Part shown: positions 1-9,900 of the stretch, piece after piece
Position numbering within the stretch: the first letter of the stretch is position 1
How the letters are laid out: each line of letters starts with the position of its first letter
Assembly: GCA_964632045.1 (NCBI GenBank)
Contig: CAZWBB010000007.1
Location: 1 to 60,717 of the forward strand
Reading direction: 5' to 3'
Origin: an uncultured Methanosarcinales archaeon
Lineage (GTDB): Archaea > Nanobdellota > Nanobdellia > Woesearchaeales > GW2011-AR9
DNA length: 60,717 nucleotides
Program-made: the position numbers and the translations under genes
Notes under the pieces: model-generated
What the model was told of the DNA's origin: nothing
Database searches by the model: none
The model's input: the letters and a program-made list of their open reading frames with translations, nothing else

Positions 1-2487
1 GACCAGTTCACCCCCATAGAAAACCTCAAAAGGGATCTCAAAGTTCCGCACAACACCAAAACCGCACTCTGTCTTCTTGTCAACAGAGGCATACAGTAGA
101 GGTTCGATATGGATGTCACTCTTCTTCATACGACTCAATTTCTTTGTATCATCCTTGCAGACAACCCTCATTGTACTCTTACAGGGGATATTTCTACATA
201 TCTGTGATGGACTGAAGAGAAATGTCTGCTCACCTTCTTCCGCATCATTGGCCGGCTTGGCATAAAGCGGCAAGGCTCTCTGATTAGACCTCATCCGACA
301 TCTCACTATCTGTCCATCGTCTTTCACATCAATATTACAGCTGTTCTTCTTGAACATGTCAGATGAAATATACCTTGGGCATCTGAAATCTAATACTTCC
401 GGCCTTTGAGGGGAGAGTCGAAATTGTTGAGTGTGACGTTCGGTAGTGAGCACGTTCCCTCCAACATCGGTTATCTCAAACTCAAATGAGTGGATACCAG
501 GCGTAACATTGATGGAATCCTTCTTAGTAGCTGTGTTGATCTTGACCTGTGTCCCAAATTGATCCTTTGAAGTGAGGTTCCATTGCTTAACTTCCTCTCC
601 ATCCATCTTTAACAGAACCTTCTCTAACCCTCCACTTTCTCCATCATCCACTATCATAATATCATAAACTGCGCTGAAATCATTTTTTGGAAAAAATCCG
701 TACAACACGAGCCGTGGCAATGGATCGAAAGTTATCTTAACCCGGCCGCTTTGTGCCCTATTACCATTTTTATCATAAGCTACCGCAAAATATGATTGGG
801 TGCCTTCTCCTACCGTAACCTCATGAACATCATCGATACCAAAAGAAAATGAATTTTTGTATTCCTCCTTGCCTTCCAGCTCTCTCTTGATGATTGGTTC
901 GCCTGCTTTGTCAAGAATCATAATCTCCTGCAAACCTGCATTGAACCCTCCATCAGTAGCTTCTACCTCTAGTACAGCTCTGCTCTTGTTGTACTTCCCC
1001 TGCTTGGCGGCAAGTCTGATCTTTGGTGGGTCATCGATGAAAACCGGGTATTGAATTCCTCCATTTTCTGTGTCCGGAGAATAATGCTCCCAGGCAACTG
1101 CTCCTCCAACTAGGAGAGAAACTGCTCCTGCTGCCAATGCAATCTTCTTCCAGTGCCTGGAGTAGAAATCCGAGATGGATCCTCCGGCCGAGGACGCTTT
1201 TTGTGAAATGAACTGCCATATCTTGTTAGGTTGCTGCCTCTTCTTCTCCTTTTTCAGTTCTCTCGCTCCATTCAAAGTTATATTTGGAGGTGTGACCGAC
1301 TCAACTCGCTGCAACCACCCCGGTTGTCCAGTGACCGACCAGAGGCCTTTGAAAACCCCTTCAAAAGGCGGTTTGCTTGAAGGAAAATGGTATTTTGACA
1401 GCGGCTTGTAATCCAAGACCGGAGGAGCGATAGTGATGGGTGAAAAGTCCAATCCTTTCTGCGCTTCTACGACCGCTGCCAACAGCTCCTGTGCTGTCTG
1501 GTACCTGGATCCTTTAGCTGTTGATGTCCCTTTGTCTATGATTTCAGACAGCAACTCGGCTTTTTCACAACTCCATCGGTTCCTTATCTGGTTTGTCATT
1601 ACTTTTTTACTTTCTCCAAAATATTTCCCTCTCCAATACTCCGACAGCTTACCAGTCAACATCAAACATAATACATTAGCGAGATTATAGGTGTCAAGTG
1701 AAGGTTCTGCTTTTTCGTAAGAATCCGATAATAGAACCCCGTCCTCGTCTTTCTCATAGAGGTTAGGGACACAGTAGATTGTATTATGAAGCGGGTCTTC
1801 TGCAGAAGATCCGTAATATGTTCCAGCGACTCCTTCAGGTTTGATCAAGCTGTATAACTTGAATATCTTTCTGCCCTTGGCTCGGGCTAATCCATAATCT
1901 ACCAAATATGCGTTCTTGCCCTTGGCGTTTTCTATGATCATTATGTTTGAAGTATTGATATCCATATGGATTATCCCCTGGTGCTCTTCATCATGAGCAT
2001 ACTCATGCAGATCATCAAGCTGTTCGGCCAGCTGCCGGGAATAATGTACTATCTCCTCCAAGCTAAACATCGCCAGATCGCCTGCTGACACTGATTTTTT
2101 CCTTCGCTCAAATTCCTTCTTTCTTTCTTTTCTATCTTCTGGCAGCCTGTCGCTAAACCTGTCCTCTACCCCTATGATGTCTGAGAGGCTGTTACCATCC
2201 CCAAGGTCCTTAAACATAACACACAGCATGTCCCCGAGTTCGCAGTATCCACGATAAGACATATATTTATCTGTCAGGTCGGGGTCGCTGCTAAGATGTT
2301 CGCTCACCTGGATCTCATTCTTGTTTATATCACGAGAAGCATTACCTGCGCAGAAGTCAGTATTCAGGAAAGATTTCATGAAACGTGGATACCCATCATA
2401 CTTGATCTTATACCTGACGCTCAATGAGCCTTTACCTTTCTCTTCTACTATCTCAACTGTTTTCCCATCGCTTGTTTTTAGAGTCAT
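1..2487 (-). CDS. Receptor-like Ser/Thr protein kinase (N-terminal kinase, single TM, extracellular Ig-like repeats); 3' end runs off the window
   Basis: Absent from the ORF track (no stop in window). Manual translation from ATG 2487: MTLKTSDGKTVEIVEEKGKGSLSVRY...HQGIIHMDINTSNIMII...LVDYGLARAK; TM KKIALAAGAVSLLVGGAVAW near 1090-1150; DEGFNAGL motif near 930-960. Paralogue of 3368..6907. Confidence 0.85.
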   Translation of the reverse strand, partial: MTLKTSDGKTVEIVEEKGKGSLSVRYKIKYDGYPRFMKSFLNTDFCAGNASRDINKNEIQVSEHLSSDPDLTDKYMSYRGYCELGDMLCVMFKDLGDGNSLSDIIGVEDRFSDRLPEDRKERKKEFERRKKSVSAGDLAMFSLEEIVHYSRQLAEQLDDLHEYAHDEEHQGIIHMDINTSNIMIIENAKGKNAYLVDYGLARAKGRKIFKLYSLIKPEGVAGTYYGSSAEDPLHNTIYCVPNLYEKDEDGVLLSDSYEKAEPSLDTYNLANVLCLMLTGKLSEYWRGKYFGESKKVMTNQIRNRWSCEKAELLSEIIDKGTSTAKGSRYQTAQELLAAVVEAQKGLDFSPITIAPPVLDYKPLSKYHFPSSKPPFEGVFKGLWSVTGQPGWLQRVESVTPPNITLNGARELKKEKKRQQPNKIWQFISQKASSAGGSISDFYSRHWKKIALAAGAVSLLVGGAVAWEHYSPDTENGGIQYPVFIDDPPKIRLAAKQGKYNKSRAVLEVEATDGGFNAGLQEIMILDKAGEPIIKRELEGKEEYKNSFSFGIDDVHEVTVGEGTQSYFAVAYDKNGNRAQSGRVKITFDPLPRLVLYGFFPKNDFSAVYDIMIVDDGESGGLEKVLLKMDGEEVKQWNLTSKDQFGTQVKINTATKKDSINVTPGIHSFEFEITDVGGNVLTTERHTQQFRLSPQRPEVLDFRCPRYISSDMFKKNSCNIDVKDDGQIVRCRMRSNQRALPLYAKPANDAEEGEQTFLFSPSQICRNIPCKSTMRVVCKDDTKKLSRMKKSDIHIEPLLYASVDKKTECGFGVVRNFEIPFEVFYGGELV

Positions 2488-2524
2488 TTGCTAAATTCAA
2501 AGGCGCTTTACCAACTTTATCAGG

Positions 2525-2866
2525 TCAGGTCAGCCGATAACATCTTTTGACCTTTCCCATTAATGAAGGAAGATCATCTTTCTCATTGGGGATCTTGAAT
2601 TTAATATCATATTTGGTATTATCACGGAAATATTTCGGAACATCAAACTTTAACCGGCTTTCGATACCTGAATCGGGAGATGATGTTTCATCTTCTTTAG
2701 GCTCAATAATCCCGACCTTCTCTATCATCCAATCGTAGAAGCCATATTTGTTACCCCGGTAGCCAATGTATCCAATCGACCCTGCCAGAAGCAAGGTCCC
2801 GCTAATCAGATATATGAGGTTTCTTTTCCGTTTCTTTTCTTCAGCAGCTATTTGTTGATCTCCCAT
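2525..2866 (-). CDS. Small single-pass membrane protein
   Basis: Basic KKRKR followed by hydrophobic LIYLISGTLLLAGSIGYIGY; GGAGG upstream; inside the operon. Confidence 0.65.
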   Translation of the reverse strand: MGDQQIAAEEKKRKRNLIYLISGTLLLAGSIGYIGYRGNKYGFYDWMIEKVGIIEPKEDETSSPDSGIESRLKFDVPKYFRDNTKYDIKFKIPNEKDDLPSLMGKVKRCYRLT

Positions 2867-2880
2867 TCTAGTTCCTCCTG

Positions 2881-3366
2881 CTACTTAGTGTGGTATCTTC
2901 CACAGATGATAAATGGTGAATTTGGAATCCCTAATGAATAGTTGGCTGGTATGAAAAACAATAGATCGGACATCAGGTCAAAATTATAATCCCCGTTCAC
3001 ATCATCGTAGAGAAAATAGACGCATTGTTTAGGATCGCGAAAGTCTTTGTGTTCAAGGTAACACCTAGCAGTCTTGTACTGGTTATTCTTATCTCGAGGA
3101 TTTGTTACTGAACCAAATACTTTCTCAAAGTTTTTCTTCAGGTCATCAAATGGAGCAACTTTCCTGCCAGAGATCGTAAGAATATCACTCTTTACAAATT
3201 TTGCAGTCTCACCCTGCAGCGTTTCGCAATCATCATAAGAGTATGATTGGATGGTATATGATTTTACAGCCCGCTCCGCGACCGCGGGCATTATGCCTGT
3301 GACCATTGCTGCTCCCGCTGCCAGTACGATTGACAATAATGATGATGATTGTTTTGATGTTTTCAT
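2881..3366 (-). CDS. Secreted hypothetical protein
   Basis: Start moved to ATG 3366, next to the upstream stop at 3368; signal-peptide-like MKTSKQSSSLLSIVLAAGAAMVTGIMPAVA; several Cys. Confidence 0.65.
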   Translation of the reverse strand: MKTSKQSSSLLSIVLAAGAAMVTGIMPAVAERAVKSYTIQSYSYDDCETLQGETAKFVKSDILTISGRKVAPFDDLKKNFEKVFGSVTNPRDKNNQYKTARCYLEHKDFRDPKQCVYFLYDDVNGDYNFDLMSDLLFFIPANYSLGIPNSPFIICGRYHTK

Positions 3367-3367
3367 T

Positions 3368-6300
3368 CTAATAATTAGTCTTTGGAGGATCGTTCTGGGA
3401 ACCTCCATTGACGTTCGGGTCAGCCAGTGGAGAGCCATGTCGATGCCATCCACATAAAGGGGTAGGTCCTAAGGTCGTCACTAGCGCATCTACAAAGGAT
3501 ACCGGATGTATGTGTCCATCTTTCACTTTGTAGTGTTTTCCAGCTTCATATCCCAATTCTGGCAGCCCTCCATCGTTGAACTTGAAGCTAAGGAGTTTTC
3601 TCTCATTATCTTTTAACCTTCTCGAGGATTTTGTGTTCAGTCTGAGCTCCTCGCATCTTCCATGAGATTCTTCGTAGTCGTTAACCCGCAGCGGGGAGCC
3701 AAGAGCCAGACAGGATACAATTTGTGCACTACCTTTTGAGATTTCAGATGCTCGAGGGAGTAGTTCATATCTATAGCGTTCTTCCCAGGAATCTTTCCCG
3801 GGCTGCTTCAACTTCACGACTGAGTAAAGGACGCTTGTCATATAACCTTCATAGTACCTCGAAAACTCCGCAGCGTACTGTCCATCCTTCTCAAAGCATC
3901 GCTCCAAGTGATCCGCATCTTCAAGACGCATCGCCTTGGGTCTTTTCTTCCTGACCTCAAGCATATGGGAATAGGCAAACCGCTCACCTTCAAGTCCCAC
4001 AGTAAATTCTAATGCAGTGATATAATCTCTTTTTGTGAAAGGACATCTGCCTCTTATTGAACTCCCATCTACTTTCCATTTCTTGGGCAACTTAGTTCCC
4101 TTAAGTATCGAGGGATAAGCCCTCACTGCGGAATCCGCGTACAAGTTCCCTTTAGTAAATATCCTGATCAGCAATCTATATGACTGGTTAGAAGTGCAGT
4201 GACTTTCTGAAGGAAATTCGGCGTAAAGGGTTGGTTTAATGCGGATCCTTACTTTCTCCCTTTCACTTTCGGCATTCTCGTTATCATAACATACCACACT
4301 GATCCTCTTGTTGCAGAAAGGCTCTGAACAGAACTTCTTGGGAGAAAAACGGAAGGCAACTTCAGAGTGAACACCGCTGATATCCAAATCCGCATATTTC
4401 CTGCGCCCGGTCCGGGAAGTCACCTTACAACGGCGCACGGCGTAATCGTCTGATGCAACGACCTTGCAGACAGACTTGTGACGATTATCAACTGCTACGT
4501 AAGGCTTGCAAGTAACACTCTCAATTTTTGGCACCACATTGTAAAAATGGATCTTTCTCTCTCTAGTAGAGTTGGTGTTACCTATCTTGTCCCGAACCAT
4601 TACATAATATTTATGGGTTCCTTCCGTGACTTTGGTCGCACCCTTACGGTCATAGATACTTAGAAACACATTTTTCTTAAAACTCTCCTTGCCTTTAGGA
4701 TCAAACTTATGAAGCACTTTTCTATCCTGCATCAAGTTCACTTCGGACAGACCAGCGTTGTAACCTGTGTCTTTAACATTTATAGATAGCCAAGTTTTTG
4801 TACCATTGGTCCTGTAATTCTCTGGTTTGAGTGAAACTGATGGCGCAGGATCATAATCAATAGCAAGCAGGTTGCTCCGGCCAACATTTCCTTCTTTATC
4901 AACGACTTCAGCCAGATACTTATGTGATCCTTGTTTCACTTTATTACATTTCCCTTTCTTACCCAAGCAAAATTCTAAACTTACCTTAAATGTATCTCCC
5001 AGTTGCCCTTCTTTCTCAAAGATACGCTTTTCTCCATCGTAGAGAATGATCTTCTCTAATCCAGAATTATAACCCTCATCTACCGCTTCCAGTTCGATCT
5101 TCCTTCTTGTGAAGTCGGAGTCCTGATGAGTATCGGTAAGCTTGACAATTGGAATCTTATCCACAAAGAAATTCAACACTAAGGGGGGGCTTGTGGTTGA
5201 ATTTCCCGCTTTGTCAATCACCTCTAGTACATAGGTATGTGAATCTTTCTTACCGGTGTATCCTTTTTTCACAGGGAAATCTTTCTTAAATTCACTGCCC
5301 AGTCTTCCCCCTCCTTCAAAGATAGGTTTACCGTCTTCTTTTAAGATAATTCTCTCTATTCCGGGGTTAAGTCCGTCATCCTGTGCCGACATTTTAATTG
5401 TAGTCGAACCAGAGAGACTGGCCCCTTTGCTGCTCTCCAACTTAACTTCACCAGGAGGCTTGTCAAAATAATCATAAATTGCGTTTGGTATAGCATAAGC
5501 AGCACCCAACAGACCTAATCCAAATACTACTTTGCCCAACCAGCTCGAACTTTTTTTCTTTGCTGGCTTCTTGGTCGGAACAGTCTTCCGCTTAGGGGTA
5601 GCTTTTCTTGGAGCTGGGACCTTTTTCTTTGTTTTTCCGGTGACAGGAGCAGCAGCGGTCACTTTCTTCTTTTTGCTAGTGGGGTACAATGCACTTGCAT
5701 CAAACAGCATCCTTTCGTATTCCTTTTCCTCATCTTCCAGACTAAACACAGCATCATCAGTGAGGAATGTACCAAACACGCTTTCATAATTGGGCTGTCC
5801 AAAATCCTGCCCCAGAAAAGTGTCATATGGCTCAAATTCCAACACTGGACCTGTTACCTCGGGGACGAACAGATCCAGCTGCTCTTGTACTGAAGATATC
5901 TCACCCAGAAGCTCGGCCGCTGTCTTGTATCTAGAACCTTTATCTGGTGATGTTCCTTTCGCGACAATATCTGATAACAACTCTGCCCTCTCCATATCCC
6001 ATCCATCAGCAATGTTCTTAGCTATCTCTTCTCGGCAATCTCCCTGAGCTCTCCAATACTCAGACAACTTCCCTGTCAACATCAGACAGAAAATATTGCA
6101 GAGATTGTATGTATCCAACGATGGTTCAGCCTTCTCATAAGAATCGGAATGGAGAGCTCCATGCTCATCCTTCACAAACAGGTTAGGTGCACAGTATATG
6201 GTGTTATGTAGCGGGTCATCTGCTGAAGAGCCGTAGTATGTACCAGCCACACCTTCTGGCTTGACCAAGTTGTACAACTTGAATATGTCCCGGCCTTTCG

Positions 6301-6907
6301 CTCTTGCCAAACCGTAATCGACCAGGACAGCTCTCTTACGACCTCCCCTTTCCAATATCATGATATTTGATGGATTTATATCCATATGGATGATCCCCTG
6401 ATGTTCGTCATCATAATCATAGCTATGCATGTCATCGAGCTGTTCTGCCAGCTGTTTCGCCGAGTCTACTATCTCCTCAAGACTCAATCTCTTGATATCT
6501 TCTACCTTGACATCTTTCTTTCTCTTCTCAAATTCCTTTTCTCTCTCTTCTGGATCCTTTGGAAGTTTCTCACCAAAATCATCTTTGACATTGATGAACT
6601 CTTCCAGGCTGTTCCCATCTCCAAGATCCTCAAACATCACACAAAGCATGTCTTCGATCTCACAGTACCCACGATATGATAGATATTTGTCCCTGAGTTC
6701 ACTGCTTTCACTGAGATGCTCGCACACCTTAATCTCATTCTTATTGATATCGCGGGAAGCATTTCCTGAACAGAAATCGGTATTCAGAAACGATTTCATG
6801 AAACGGTTGTAACTATCCCTGGTTATCCTGTAGCGGACGCTAAGAGAACCTCTTCCTTTCGACTCAACTATCTCTATTGCTTTTCCGTCAGTTGTTCTCA
6901 GTGTCAT
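3368..6907 (-). CDS. Receptor-like Ser/Thr protein kinase with TM and extracellular Ig-like repeats
   Basis: KGRGSLSVRY (Gly loop variant), IIHMDINPSNIM catalytic loop, DYG; Lys/Pro-rich linker, TM WLGKVVFGLGLLGAAYAI, three DxGxNxG(L/I) beta repeats and a Cys-rich C-terminus. Start 6907 gives an ATGA overlap with the upstream stop and matches the paralogue N-terminus. Confidence 0.85.
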   Translation of the reverse strand: MTLRTTDGKAIEIVESKGRGSLSVRYRITRDSYNRFMKSFLNTDFCSGNASRDINKNEIKVCEHLSESSELRDKYLSYRGYCEIEDMLCVMFEDLGDGNSLEEFINVKDDFGEKLPKDPEEREKEFEKRKKDVKVEDIKRLSLEEIVDSAKQLAEQLDDMHSYDYDDEHQGIIHMDINPSNIMILERGGRKRAVLVDYGLARAKGRDIFKLYNLVKPEGVAGTYYGSSADDPLHNTIYCAPNLFVKDEHGALHSDSYEKAEPSLDTYNLCNIFCLMLTGKLSEYWRAQGDCREEIAKNIADGWDMERAELLSDIVAKGTSPDKGSRYKTAAELLGEISSVQEQLDLFVPEVTGPVLEFEPYDTFLGQDFGQPNYESVFGTFLTDDAVFSLEDEEKEYERMLFDASALYPTSKKKKVTAAAPVTGKTKKKVPAPRKATPKRKTVPTKKPAKKKSSSWLGKVVFGLGLLGAAYAIPNAIYDYFDKPPGEVKLESSKGASLSGSTTIKMSAQDDGLNPGIERIILKEDGKPIFEGGGRLGSEFKKDFPVKKGYTGKKDSHTYVLEVIDKAGNSTTSPPLVLNFFVDKIPIVKLTDTHQDSDFTRRKIELEAVDEGYNSGLEKIILYDGEKRIFEKEGQLGDTFKVSLEFCLGKKGKCNKVKQGSHKYLAEVVDKEGNVGRSNLLAIDYDPAPSVSLKPENYRTNGTKTWLSINVKDTGYNAGLSEVNLMQDRKVLHKFDPKGKESFKKNVFLSIYDRKGATKVTEGTHKYYVMVRDKIGNTNSTRERKIHFYNVVPKIESVTCKPYVAVDNRHKSVCKVVASDDYAVRRCKVTSRTGRRKYADLDISGVHSEVAFRFSPKKFCSEPFCNKRISVVCYDNENAESEREKVRIRIKPTLYAEFPSESHCTSNQSYRLLIRIFTKGNLYADSAVRAYPSILKGTKLPKKWKVDGSSIRGRCPFTKRDYITALEFTVGLEGERFAYSHMLEVRKKRPKAMRLEDADHLERCFEKDGQYAAEFSRYYEGYMTSVLYSVVKLKQPGKDSWEERYRYELLPRASEISKGSAQIVSCLALGSPLRVNDYEESHGRCEELRLNTKSSRRLKDNERKLLSFKFNDGGLPELGYEAGKHYKVKDGHIHPVSFVDALVTTLGPTPLCGWHRHGSPLADPNVNGGSQNDPPKTNY

Positions 6908-9900
6908 TTTAATTCCGAGCATACTTTGAAATTTTTGCGACCGGATACTCTCTTGCCTGAGGCCAAAGGCGTTGAAGCTTTTATGGTTAATCTCACCTCA
7001 GACTTATCTTCCGGACAAGTCCCCGTTATCCTCGAACCAGGAATACTTCGATCCAACTCCCAATTCATGTCCGGTATTTTTGGCTTAGTCAGGTAATCAA
7101 ACCTGAAACCTTTCAATTCGTTCTGGATCTTTCTGTTATACTTGGCCTCAAACTCAAAAACGAATTTACCTGATTCCTCCACATGATATTTTGTCTTGGT
7201 GATATGATATTTGTAAGGTTCAAAAGTCAATTTTGTCATATCTGTTTCTTCATTACCGGAGATATCTCCAACAGATACTTCCAGTTTAGAACGACATCGT
7301 ACTTCCCCACAAGCTTGTTTCGGACTAAATGCATAACTCAATATGTATGCTTGACCCTCACGGGAAATGTACTGAGATATCTCTCCTGCATCAAGCTTGA
7401 ACTCTTTATCAAACCCTTTGTTTTCATACTTTCTCTTACCTGGTATCTTAACCTTCTTTTTAAAATGAGAAACTACCTTAAGTTCACTCAGTTGATTCAC
7501 GCTTTTTACAAGAATACCACATTTCCTTTTCTCACTTATCCCACCACGAAACATACTGACGACCTCTTTACCTCCACACCCAAACTCAGCTATCACCAAA
7601 GGATAAATTTTCACTTCCACATTTTCTTTCTTCAAATTTCCGTTTCCGTCGGTAGCTATCGCCTCCAAATCCACTTCACATCTTCCTTCACTTGGGCATA
7701 CCTGACTTGGACTGATCCAATGATTTATAATTGACTCTCCTCCATCCACCATAAAACGCTTTACCTCATCTTCTCCAATCTTTGAAACGATCTCAATCTG
7801 TCTTATTATTCCAGCAGACCCATCATCCGCTTCAAGTACGATCAGTTCCTCTTCACTTCTTGGATCAGCCAGAAGATAATCTTTCTTTCCTGCGATGTAA
7901 CCAAATGAGGTGATCTTGGGCGGCCTATGGTCGTTCTTGTACAGATTATCGGAAATGGGGTACTGTTTCTTGGCGGCTGGTTGTTCTTTCTCCTTTGGTT
8001 GATCCTTGGCAGGTTTGGCAACCGCCTCTTTCTTTCCTTTCGGTTTATCTTTTGCACTTTTCCTTTCCTTGCCTTTCTCGTCACTGCCTTTCTTTCCAAT
8101 GCCCGCAGGTAGATCCACGATACCGCCATCTTTGGGTGAATGGACAGAAGCTGAATATTCTTGTTTCTCTATCCTCTCTTTCTCTGATGAGATGAATTGC
8201 TCGTAATTGTCGACCGCCCAACCTCTTGCAGAATCACTGGCTGCGGTGATTCCAAATACCATCGCTACTGCCAGAGCTGTCCCACGCCTCCACCAACTTC
8301 CCTTTTTTTTTTTTGCATACTTAGACTGCAATTCCTCTGCCATCCGCTGCACTACCTGATTATCATTTTCGGATTCTGCACTTACTCGATATTGTGCAAC
8401 GGAATGAGGTATTTCCATGTCAACTGCGTCCACGTAAGAACCTACGAGCTTTTTCCATGTCTTTTCGCCCGATAATCCTCTAGGGAGGCCGAATAATTCT
8501 TCTTTATAGACCATCTTTCTCCATCCATCATCCTCATCAGAATCACCAAATATCCCAATGTTGGAACCCATATCTGTTATTTGTTGCAGTGCTTCTGAAA
8601 CAGTGAAATTACCCAAATTGTAATCCCTGACAAACTGACGAAATACTGCGCTGCCATTCAGAGCAGCTTCCCAATACTTCTTCTCAAATTCATTCATAAC
8701 GATGACTTCTTTATCAGGAGATCCTTGCGGGTCACCAAGAAGAATATTACACAATTCTTCTGGAGTGCAATCAGGCTTGACATCATCAGTTACAAATCTG
8801 GATAGCGCTCTATAATTACCTTTTTCGTTTGCCTGCATATCCTCCAATCTAGCTTTAAGTGTTTCCGGTTTGGAAAACTGATCATATATTGCTTTTGGAT
8901 AAGATACGTTGTGTCTGACATCCTCCCCAGTCAGCCATTCTAAGGCAAAAGGCTTACTGCCGCTGCAGGATGCCTGAAACTGTACCAGGATTACCTGCTC
9001 CAGCTTGTCACGCGGTGATATGCCCCCCTCAAGCGGTTCTTCCTCTGCGGGTTCCTCTTGGACAGGTTCTTCCTCAACTTCTTCCTGCGGAACATTAAGC
9101 AGGACCTGACCATACTTCTCTTTCTGCTCATTTTCAGTCATCCTGTAAAGTGGATGGCCCATAGTATCATCCTCTGCTGTCCAAAACGGTCTCAGCAGCA
9201 GGCCGCACAAATCCTTTCTGGAAATTAACTCATTTTGGTCAGCTGCCTGCGTAAGCGCTTTGTATTCATCTTTATCAAGTCCATCTAAAAACCCCATGAG
9301 CACCGCAGTACTTGACAGATGGGAGTACGCTTCTTCCACCGATCTTTCTTCATCATCGTCTATCAGAGCTTCAGCAAGGTCATTACCTCCCTGGTCCCCC
9401 TCCATAATGAGCAGGTGCAGCAGATTATTTGGGCGGAAAACTCTCATATAATCTTCCCCCACCGGTCCAACAGAGCTTGGCTTGATCTTGCTCAGACGAT
9501 CCCAATCTAGATATTGTAACGAATAGGGAGTCAGCAACACTTCGCATATTCCCCTCGGTGTGAGGTTTTCATCTCTGCAACCGAACATATCACGTACTTT
9601 TGGCAAATCCTCATCTGACACTCCTTCAAGCACACTGCTCAAAGCATCGTGGGAACTAAGATATTCGAGCATCTCTTTCAAACTTTTTTTTCTTTCCTTC
9701 CGGTTTAGTATATCCAGTGCTGGATGCTTTGGTTCACCCTGTTTTATCAATGCGCTCTGTTCAACAAGAACTTTTCCTAGAAGATTCTGTGGAACAAAAA
9801 CTTTTTTCTCTTTCTTCTCTTCAGGTATCTTGCGCAGTATCTGGCCATACTCTTCTTTCTGCTCTTCTTCAGACATCTGATATAGAGGATGACTTCTAAC

